A model generated the notes under the pieces. It had not been told where the DNA came from, made no database searches, and saw only the letters and a list, made by a program, of their open reading frames with translations. Below, piece by piece: positions 17,372-24,877 of a stretch of 64,000 nucleotides of DNA; positions within the stretch are counted from its first letter, which is position 1; every line of letters starts with the position of its first letter. This DNA comes from Pseudomonadota bacterium (GTDB lineage Bacteria > Pseudomonadota > Alphaproteobacteria > Rhizobiales > Devosiaceae): contig JAEYXQ010000160.1 in NCBI GenBank assembly GCA_023431205.1, forward strand, positions 28,658-92,657, given 5' to 3'. The position numbers and the translations under genes are program-made.

Positions 17372-17707
17372 TCAGAGCTGCGAGGTGATTTTACCAATCT
17401 CTTGCAGCACCATTGGGCAGGTGATGCCACCCGTGCCTTTGTGAGCGGCTTCAACGCCGGCATACATGCCCTGTTCGTAGAAGCGGAACAGTGCCTCCCG
17501 GTCCGCCCCAGTGCTGACGCCGTCAACGACTGTTTGCACCAGTTGCGCCAGCTTCTCACCGTCGGCATTCGGAATGCCGCAGTATTCAGCCATGCCCTGC
17601 AAGGTTCCGAACTCCTGGACCTTCTGTGCGAGGCCTGCGAGGCCAGATCCCTGCGCTGCCGCTGGCGCGCAGAGAAGAATAGCGATGGCGGCGAGATGTC
17701 TCTTCAT
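17372..17707 (-). CDS. Secreted hypothetical protein
   Basis: Signal peptide MKRHLAAIAILLCAPAAA; AGGGGG RBS; two Cys in mature part. Confidence 0.7.
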   Translation of the reverse strand: MKRHLAAIAILLCAPAAAQGSGLAGLAQKVQEFGTLQGMAEYCGIPNADGEKLAQLVQTVVDGVSTGADREALFRFYEQGMYAGVEAAHKGTGGITCPMVLQEIGKITSQL

Positions 17708-17853
17708 TTAGTCCCCCTTGGTTGATCAACCCTAGGCGGAGGCCCGCTAAAGCAGCGTGAAATAGCGTCCTGCTTTTGCGTGAAGCACTTAACCCTCTGT
17801 TCAGCACCCGGACCTGTGCCGAAGGCGAGCCCATTCAAGGAGGTTGCCGCCCC

Positions 17854-17994
17854 ATGCCCCTTCGCGTGATCACGCCGCCAGAGCCGATTGTGTCGTGGGA
17901 AGAAGCCAAGCGGCACCTGCAACTGTGGCCCCCGACGCACACCGCCGGGGGCCTGTTTTGTTTCAGAGATCCACCGAGAACTGGAAGGCGTTGA
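17854..17994 (+). pseudogene. Relic N-terminus of an HK97 gp6-type head-tail connector
   Basis: AAGGAGG RBS, MPLRVITPPEPIVSWEEAKRHL then reads into a hairpin and loses similarity. Confidence 0.7.
17927..17963. terminator. Hairpin terminator at the end of the recombinase gene
   Basis: GGCCCCCG...CGGGGGCC followed by TGTTTTGTTT. Confidence 0.6.
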
Positions 17995-18826
17995 AGCGAT
18001 CGGCGACCAGGCGCCCGGCGTTCTTGGAATGCACATAGGTTTCGATGAACACGGCCGAGCTTTTCCAGCCGCCGGCGTCCATGGCCGTCCTGATGTCCAT
18101 GCCAAAGCCGATGGCATTGGTGGCGAAGCTGTGCCGGCCGCAGGCGTGGCTCGACTTGTACGGGATCCGTGCCCGCCGGCAGACAGCGGCGATCCTGTCA
18201 TTGACCCCATAGCGCGAGCTGTAGCGGAACACGGGCTCGTCGGGAGCGGAGCCGCCGCGCAGCTCGTGCAGCCGCTGCACCAGCTCGTCGGTCAGGTGGC
18301 GCACCGAGTTGGTGTCGGTCTTGGTCTTGAGCAGCACCGCGGTGCGCCCGACCAGGTCTACATCGGCCCAGGTGAGCCGGATTGCCTCGGACACCCGAGC
18401 GCCGGTGTGCGACATGAACAGCACCAAGGCAGCGAGGTGCGGCAGGTGATCGGCTTCGCACTGCCGACAGAACACATGCAGCCATGCCTGACTGGCCGGC
18501 GCCTTCCGGCGGCGGCTGTCTTCCTTGAACCGCCGGAGCCGGATCAACGGGCACCAGCCGCGCTCGTAGGAGTGGATCATCACCGCCCGCGCCGGCGTGA
18601 TGCCCTGGCGGTTACGCGTAGCTCCGCTGTGCTCTGGATAGATCGCCTTCACCATCTCGTAGATGGTGTACGGCGTGATCTCCGCGACAGGCATGTCGCC
18701 GATGGCATCTACGATGCGCTGCAGGTAGCGACCTTCACCGCCGTTGCGCAGATAGCTTTCGGTAGCCATGCCGAAAGTGGGGCCATTGTGCCCCGGCAGA
18801 AATAGTGATGTGACAGCGTTAGCCAT
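17963..18826 (-). CDS. Tyrosine recombinase, apparently lacking an N-terminal arm-binding domain
   Basis: HTGARVSE (R), KTKT (K), HACGRHSFA (HxxxR), GGWKS (W), ETYVH (Y); GGAG RBS before ATG 18826. Confidence 0.9.
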   Translation of the reverse strand: MANAVTSLFLPGHNGPTFGMATESYLRNGGEGRYLQRIVDAIGDMPVAEITPYTIYEMVKAIYPEHSGATRNRQGITPARAVMIHSYERGWCPLIRLRRFKEDSRRRKAPASQAWLHVFCRQCEADHLPHLAALVLFMSHTGARVSEAIRLTWADVDLVGRTAVLLKTKTDTNSVRHLTDELVQRLHELRGGSAPDEPVFRYSSRYGVNDRIAAVCRRARIPYKSSHACGRHSFATNAIGFGMDIRTAMDAGGWKSSAVFIETYVHSKNAGRLVADRFNAFQFSVDL

Positions 18827-18960
18827 CCTGAACGCTCCATGTTCGGTGGTTAGAGCGCGTCGTGGGCCCTGCCAGGCTCCGGCGCGTTCGCTTTTGTAGG
18901 CCATCGCTGTCGCTGCCGAGAATGCTGACTTGCTGTCAGCCTTAACAGCGGAGCCTTCCA

Positions 18961-19254
18961 ATGCAGATCGTGTACTCGACCGAGCTCGTCGCCCACATGG
19001 AGGGACGCGAGTTCAGGAACCCTCGTCATTTCCTCGCCCCTGTAGAGGGGGCCACCAAGGTATTCATCGCCGGTGACTGGCCCAAGATCCGGCAGGCCTA
19101 CGAGGCCGCTGGCGTGCCCGTCGCGCCCATCGAAGACATGCGCGCGCTGCCCAAGTCGGCAAAGAGTGCACCGGCCAAGACGACAGTGAAGAAACCCGCC
19201 GCCGAGCCAGCACCCGCTCCCGCAGAGCCAGCCACCGACAACCCCACCACCTGA
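18961..19254 (+). CDS. Phage structural-region protein
   Basis: RNPRHF...GDWPKIRQAYEAAGV pattern of phage proteins; Ala/Pro/Lys-rich tail. Confidence 0.65.
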   Translation: MQIVYSTELVAHMEGREFRNPRHFLAPVEGATKVFIAGDWPKIRQAYEAAGVPVAPIEDMRALPKSAKSAPAKTTVKKPAAEPAPAPAEPATDNPTT

Positions 19255-19271
19255 TCTGAAAGGAGGCCGCT

Positions 19272-19754
19272 ATGGCCATCACGACCGCATCCGGCTCCAA
19301 GGTCTACATCGGCCCTGTCCGGACCGCTGCCACCGACACTGCCAGTGAATATGCTGCTCTCACACCCTGGGTAGAGATCGGCGAAGTCGAGGACATGGGC
19401 GAATTCGGCGACGAGAGCGGGGTGACAAACTTCGCCTCAATCGGCGACGGGCGCACCCGCAAGCTGAAGGCTGCACGCGACGCTGGCACGCTGACGCTCA
19501 CCGTCGGCCGTGACCCGCTCGACCCGGGCCAGATAGCCCTCAAGGCCGCGGAGCGCACCAAGTTCGAGTACGCCTTCAAGGTCGTCGCCGCCGACGCGCC
19601 GGACGAGGACTACACCGACACCATCTACTACTTCGGCGCCCTTGTGATGTCGCAGCGCGACCGCTACGGCACCAACGACAATGTGGTGCGGACCGTCTTC
19701 AATCTCGGCATCAACACCGAGATCATCGAAGTCGTCGCGGCGGAGGTGCCGTAA
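19272..19754 (+). CDS. Major tail tube protein
   Basis: WVEIGEVEDMGEFGD...RTRKLKAARDAG...DPGQ. Confidence 0.88.
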   Translation: MAITTASGSKVYIGPVRTAATDTASEYAALTPWVEIGEVEDMGEFGDESGVTNFASIGDGRTRKLKAARDAGTLTLTVGRDPLDPGQIALKAAERTKFEYAFKVVAADAPDEDYTDTIYYFGALVMSQRDRYGTNDNVVRTVFNLGINTEIIEVVAAEVP

Positions 19755-20161
19755 TGGACCTTTCCGAACTCGAGCCGAAGACCGGCGCTACGATCCCGCT
19801 GCGGCACCCAGTCACCAACGAGCCGCTAGAAGACAGCACGGGACCGCTGACCATCGACATTGTCGGCATCGACTCCCCACAGTTCCAAGCCCGTCAGCGC
19901 CAGATTGCCAACAAGCGGCTGGCCACAGCCGGCAATCGCAAGTCGAAGCTGACGGCTGAAGACCTGGAAGAAGAAGCCATCGGCACGCTGGCAGCCTGCA
20001 TCACCGGCTGGTCGGCAAATGTCGCTCTCGACGGCAAGCCGCTGGAATACTCCCGCTCCAACGCCAAGCTGCTGCTGACGCGGCTGATCTGGGTCCGTGA
20101 GCAGGTGGATGCCGCGATTGCCGACCGGGCAAATTTCTTGAAGGCCTCGCCGACGAGCTGA
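19754..20161 (+). CDS. Tail assembly chaperone (gpG-like)
   Basis: LRHPVT, GIDS, W..EQVD..I.DRANF; ends just past the slippery site. Confidence 0.85.
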   Translation: MDLSELEPKTGATIPLRHPVTNEPLEDSTGPLTIDIVGIDSPQFQARQRQIANKRLATAGNRKSKLTAEDLEEEAIGTLAACITGWSANVALDGKPLEYSRSNAKLLLTRLIWVREQVDAAIADRANFLKASPTS

Positions 20162-20508
20162 TTGCTCACGCCGAGGCCGCATTCACCAAGGGATGGAAGG
20201 GGCCGCTGCCGCCGCTTCCATTGGAGCTTGAGCATGTCTGGGACCTGTATCTCGCCTTGAACCGCCGTCGCCAGATAGGCATGGCGGCCAATCCCATCTC
20301 AGAGCCGCAGATCGAGGCTCACCTTCGGCTGTCGGGATGCTCCATCAGTCCGGCGGAGTTCGATGCCCTTTGCCTGATCGATGACGCGGTGCTGGGCATC
20401 GCGAACCGGACAGATGTGGCGCCGGAACGCAGCGTCTCCGCACGGGATGGCGCGGGCGTGAAGGGGCTGATGCGGGGGCTGGGGGCGAAGAAGGGGAAGC
20501 TCGGCTAG
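20131..20508 (+). CDS. Tail assembly chaperone gpGT extension via -1 frameshift
   Basis: A-AAT-TTC heptamer at 20131-20137; -1 frame open to 20508. Confidence 0.8.
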   Translation, partial: KFLEGLADELIAHAEAAFTKGWKGPLPPLPLELEHVWDLYLALNRRRQIGMAANPISEPQIEAHLRLSGCSISPAEFDALCLIDDAVLGIANRTDVAPERSVSARDGAGVKGLMRGLGAKKGKLG

Positions 20509-21323
20509 AAGCGGACGCCGGCCCCTAAATTGACTCGGGTCATACCGCTGATCCCGCCATTTAGTCCCCAATTGGTCATCTCGATCTCACCTCTGCCGAA
20601 ATACCTATCAAGGTCTAGTTCCGCACCGATGCCGTAGGTCAGCGTAGGTGTCCACTGGTTGGAGTCTGTCGTCGTGACTGGCCCTGACGTCGGGTTTAGG
20701 CAGGCAGTATCCTCGACGAAGATGTTGTTGCCCATGGCACCGTTCGGTGATGTCGTGATCCGGGTCGCGAAGGCCCCGCAATATACCGAGGCACTCTGGT
20801 CACGCACGGAGGTAGAACTGAGCAAGGCGGCACCGACGCCGGCTTTCCCAAAGATGGTCCACGAACCATGGGAGATGCCGACCCTCGCAACAACCGCAGG
20901 GCGTGCTTTGACCTCGACGTAGCTGTAGTTCAGTTCGCTGAAGCTCAGTTGGCCGCCCGGCGCAGTTCCTGTGGTTACTACGATGCCTGACACAGGCGCG
21001 CCGGGCACAAATGTGCTGGATCGAAAGCGGGGTAGGGTCACTGCTGGCCCCGAATTCACCCACTCGCCGGTGTTCGTCTTTCCGAAGTCACTTGCAACTG
21101 ATCCCTCAACGCCAAACAGCAAGCCGCCGGATCTGAAGTTGACACCACCGAAGGCGCCTGCGGAGAACAGTGCAGAGCTATCCTCCCACAGTTTTGCGTC
21201 GGGACCATAGGTCGGAGATATGCCCCCGAGCACCCCAGCGTAGAAGTCGGTGGTGAAATCTTGTGCGGCAATAGGTGCCGTCGACAGGATGGCGAGCAGA
21301 GCTATCCCGGGTAAAATCTTCAT
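20505..21323 (-). CDS. Outer-membrane beta-barrel protein (Omp25/RopB-like) moron
   Basis: Signal peptide, FYAGVLGG, GAFGGVNF..GGLLFGVEG, terminal GAGVRF. Confidence 0.85.
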   Translation of the reverse strand: MKILPGIALLAILSTAPIAAQDFTTDFYAGVLGGISPTYGPDAKLWEDSSALFSAGAFGGVNFRSGGLLFGVEGSVASDFGKTNTGEWVNSGPAVTLPRFRSSTFVPGAPVSGIVVTTGTAPGGQLSFSELNYSYVEVKARPAVVARVGISHGSWTIFGKAGVGAALLSSTSVRDQSASVYCGAFATRITTSPNGAMGNNIFVEDTACLNPTSGPVTTTDSNQWTPTLTYGIGAELDLDRYFGRGEIEMTNWGLNGGISGMTRVNLGAGVRF

Positions 21324-21427
21324 CAAGTTGTCTCCCCTTAGACACCTGATGATGAAGAGAAAGGGCAAATCAGCCGTTAGGCCGCGTAGTTAACCAAGTG
21401 CTGATGCTACTAGGAGGTCCGGATTCG

Positions 21428-21784
21428 TCAGTCAGGCATCGTGATGACGGATTCCTTTACCGGCGGCACTCCAGGGCCGATCAGGATCGTCTCCTCCTTG
21501 CCAGTGCTACGATAGGGTCCGCACGCTTCGATCGCCTCTGCGGCCTTCAAAGCGATCTCCCGCCCCTGGTCGTTTTCCGGCTCAAAGCGGAGAACGTCGA
21601 TAGCAGTGGGGATACCGTTGGCGTCCAGCGCGACCTGAACCTCCGCTATCGCCTGCGATGCAACTTCTACCGGCAGGAGCACGAGGCATCCTGATGCCTG
21701 TCGCGCCACGGACTCATCTGCGCGAGCCGCGCCAGCGGCGCCCACAGCCACCACCACAGCCGCAATCACCATCCACCGACCCAT
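21428..21784 (-). CDS. Secreted protein resembling a stand-alone TolA/TonB C-terminal domain
   Basis: Signal peptide; C...AEVQVALDANG.PTAIDV...AAEAIEACGPY pattern. Confidence 0.55.
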   Translation of the reverse strand: MGRWMVIAAVVVAVGAAGAARADESVARQASGCLVLLPVEVASQAIAEVQVALDANGIPTAIDVLRFEPENDQGREIALKAAEAIEACGPYRSTGKEETILIGPGVPPVKESVITMPD

Positions 21785-21844
21785 GCCGCGCACCCTCCGC
21801 TTAGAGGGGTGAGGTTATGCCGCACATTAGAGGTGCCGTCAAAA

Positions 21845-23569
21845 ATGGACCTGCTCAACGTCGTTATCCGTGCCGACACCTCGGGGTCCGACCGCGCCGC
21901 TCAGTCCCTCGACGGTATGACTGCGGCTGCCCGAGGCGCTGATGCGGCCGTGCGATCCGTAGGGTCGGCGGCTGCTCAGGCCAGTGGAGCAATTGGCGCG
22001 AGCGCAGCGGCCACCGACCGCGCCACGGCGTCCTCGCGCGCACATGCCGCGGCTATGCAAGCGGAAGCTGCCGCAATGCGGATGGCTTCTTTCCAGCGTC
22101 GCGGTCTTGCCATGCAAATGATCGACGTCGGCCAGATGCTGGCGCTTGGCCAGAACCCCATCATGACCCTTATGCAGCAGGGGCCGCAGATCGCGCAGAT
22201 CTACGAAGGCAATGTCACTCGGGCGCTCAAAGACACCGCTTCAATGGCTGCGAACGTCGCAAGTCGGTTCGCCGGTATTGGCGCCGCCATAGGGGCGGTC
22301 ACCGTCCTGCTCTACGGCTTCACGCGGCAGATCAACGAGGCCAACAACAGCAACGTCACCATGGTCGATACTGCACTTGCCATGTGGGAGACGCTGGCGG
22401 ATGCGGTGCGCACTACCTTGGCACCGGCGATGACCTGGCTGGGTGACGAGGTCACCCGAGCCATCGACCAGATCACCAGCGACACGGCACGCGAAGTCAA
22501 CGCCCTAATTGGTGTGTTCGTCGGGACTGTGGAGGCGATCAAGGCCATCTGGGGGGAACTGCCCGACGCGCTGGGCTACGTGATCTACGAAGCTAGCCGA
22601 AACGTGGTGAACGGCATCGTCCACATGCAGGCGCAGGTGATGGCAGGCGTCAACGACATGTTCTCGCGCATCGATCACGCGGCTATTGCCCTAGGCGGCA
22701 AGTCTTTCCTTCCTCGCCTCGACGTCCTCGGTTTCACCCAGGCTAACTACAAGACCGGGGCAAACCCATATGAGTCGGCTGGTGACGCAGTCGGTGCAGC
22801 GGGTGCTGCATTCGGCGCCGCAATGAGCCAAAACTATGTAGGAGACTGGCTAAGCGGCATCGGCGATCGAGCCCAAGAGATTGCGGCTGCTCGTCAAGAG
22901 ACGGAGGGGTTGGCAGGTGCCGCGGGCGCCGCCAATGACAACTTCAGCTCCCTCGCCAACAACGGCATTGGCACTGCTACATCGGCGATCCAGTCATTTG
23001 CCGACGCAGCGCGCTCCGCCTTCTCCAACCTCGGAACCGGCATCATCGACGCCTTCAAGAAGGGCGGCGACGTCGGCATGAACGTGCTGAACATGCTGCT
23101 CGAAAAGGTCGGCCAGCTCGGCGAGAACCTGCTGAACCAGGGGCTCAATGGACTGTTCGGCGGGCTCTTTGGCGGGTTGTTCGGTGGCGGTGGCGGCCTT
23201 GGCGGCATGTTCGGCCACAGCGCCAGCACGCCCTTGGGGTTCGGTGGCACCGCCGGGTTCTATCCTGCCTTCCCTTCCTTCGCTGGCGGAGACTGGACGG
23301 GTGACGGCCCGCGTTCCGGCGGCCTTGATGGGCAGGGCGGCTATCTCGCCATGGTGCACCCTCGCGAGCGGATATTCGACACGACCAGGGCCGCCAACCA
23401 GAACGGTAGCGGCAGCCAGGTGTTCGCCCCGGTGATCAACATCAACGGCTCAGGCCTAACGCAGGCCGAACTCACGGCCGCAATCAACGACGCGCTCGAT
23501 AAGTACCGGCGCTTCGGCTTCCACGCCGACTGGGAGAACCACAACAATGATCGACTGGCGACGGGGTAG
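21845..23569 (+). CDS. Tail tape measure protein
   Basis: MQMIDVGQMLALGQNPIMTLMQQGPQI (lambda TMP N-terminal motif), FAGGDWTG...MVHPRE C-terminal motif. Confidence 0.9.
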   Translation: MDLLNVVIRADTSGSDRAAQSLDGMTAAARGADAAVRSVGSAAAQASGAIGASAAATDRATASSRAHAAAMQAEAAAMRMASFQRRGLAMQMIDVGQMLALGQNPIMTLMQQGPQIAQIYEGNVTRALKDTASMAANVASRFAGIGAAIGAVTVLLYGFTRQINEANNSNVTMVDTALAMWETLADAVRTTLAPAMTWLGDEVTRAIDQITSDTAREVNALIGVFVGTVEAIKAIWGELPDALGYVIYEASRNVVNGIVHMQAQVMAGVNDMFSRIDHAAIALGGKSFLPRLDVLGFTQANYKTGANPYESAGDAVGAAGAAFGAAMSQNYVGDWLSGIGDRAQEIAAARQETEGLAGAAGAANDNFSSLANNGIGTATSAIQSFADAARSAFSNLGTGIIDAFKKGGDVGMNVLNMLLEKVGQLGENLLNQGLNGLFGGLFGGLFGGGGGLGGMFGHSASTPLGFGGTAGFYPAFPSFAGGDWTGDGPRSGGLDGQGGYLAMVHPRERIFDTTRAANQNGSGSQVFAPVININGSGLTQAELTAAINDALDKYRRFGFHADWENHNNDRLATG

Positions 23570-23572
23570 ATC

Positions 23573-24229
23573 ATGGCATTCACCTTCCCCCTCTCGCTGC
23601 CGAACCTCGTCGATCTGCTGCCGATCGAGTCCGTCACCTGGAACCTCGTCTATCAGCAGGAGTACTCCGGCCTAGGCTCTGGCGAGGGGCTGTCGCACGA
23701 CCTCGCGCCGCCGCTTTGGGAGGGGGATGTTGCGACGGCGCAGTTCTACCATGCCGACGTGGAGAAGTGGCGCGCCCGCTTCCTTACGCTCGACGGGTCG
23801 AACAACTCGTTCATGCTCTACAACCCTGCTGCGAAGTACCCGGATACCGACCCGCAGGGGAGTGCACTGACTGGCGCAACGGTCACGGTGTTGGCCGTTG
23901 GTGCCAACCGCAAGGAACTCTCGCTGGCGGGGCTCCCTGCGGGCCTGGAGGTGCCTTGGGGGGCCTATGCTCAGATTGCCGGCGGCTCTCCGTCACGCGT
24001 TGCCTTGGTCCAGTTCGCCGAGAGCAAGACGGCATCCGGTCTAGGCAACACTAGTGCCATCGAGTGCCGTCCGCACCTCCGCCCGTGGGTCAGCGCTGGC
24101 ATGGCCGTGTCGCTGATAAAGCCTGGTGCCAAGGTCAAGCTGATGCCCAACTCACTCCGCATCGAGACCGTCGGCGCGCTGCACTCGCGCCTCCGCTTCA
24201 CCGCCCGCCAGACCCTCGCTGCCGGCTAG
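23573..24229 (+). CDS. Distal tail protein (Dit-like)
   Basis: Position after TMP; DLAPPLW motif. Confidence 0.65.
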   Translation: MAFTFPLSLPNLVDLLPIESVTWNLVYQQEYSGLGSGEGLSHDLAPPLWEGDVATAQFYHADVEKWRARFLTLDGSNNSFMLYNPAAKYPDTDPQGSALTGATVTVLAVGANRKELSLAGLPAGLEVPWGAYAQIAGGSPSRVALVQFAESKTASGLGNTSAIECRPHLRPWVSAGMAVSLIKPGAKVKLMPNSLRIETVGALHSRLRFTARQTLAAG

Positions 24230-24241
24230 GAATTCTCGACC

Positions 24242-24877
24242 ATGGTCCGACCACTCGACGTCGCCACCCAAGGCGCGGTGCGCGACCGCTCGCGTGTCAT
24301 CGTGCGCGATTTCATCCTCTGCACCGTGCGGACGCTCGACACCGACGAGCCGGTGACCTTCGGCTTCACCACGTTCGGTGAGGACGTGACCACCAACATC
24401 ATCGATGGCGAGACTGGCTCCACGGTCAGCCACACCTTCTACGGTGACCGTGCGCCTATCCAGGAGATGGACCCCATCCCTTTCAAGATCGGGATCGAGA
24501 TCGACACGGTGCAGGTAAAACTCAACCACCTGCACCCTGTGGTGCAACTGATGGTTCGCGGTCACAACTGCCGCAATGCCAAGGTTCAGATCCATCGGGG
24601 CCACCTCGACCCGGACTCGATGCTGCTTGTGGCGGCACCGCGATGCCGCCGCCTTGGGCAGATCAACGGCACACCCATCATCACGCCGGCCGTTGGCGGG
24701 CAGGGCAGTGTCACGCTCAAGGTTGTCTCGCATACGCGCGAACTGACGCGGACCAATCCCGCCAAGAGCAGTGACGAGACCTACCGGCTGCGCAGCGGCG
24801 ACCGGATCAACCAGTATGCCGGCACCGCCGGCCAATGGCCCATCTTCTGGGGCGAAGTGCGCGGGACGGCTGACTAA
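24242..24877 (+). CDS. Tail hub/baseplate protein
   Basis: Synteny; ELTRTNPAKSSDE...SGD...Y...WG C-terminus. Confidence 0.6.
   Translation: MVRPLDVATQGAVRDRSRVIVRDFILCTVRTLDTDEPVTFGFTTFGEDVTTNIIDGETGSTVSHTFYGDRAPIQEMDPIPFKIGIEIDTVQVKLNHLHPVVQLMVRGHNCRNAKVQIHRGHLDPDSMLLVAAPRCRRLGQINGTPIITPAVGGQGSVTLKVVSHTRELTRTNPAKSSDETYRLRSGDRINQYAGTAGQWPIFWGEVRGTAD

Noticed and set aside
17963..18826. This recombinase as the prophage's own integrase
   Set aside because: Far from the att site and apparently without the arm-binding domain that the att repeats imply.
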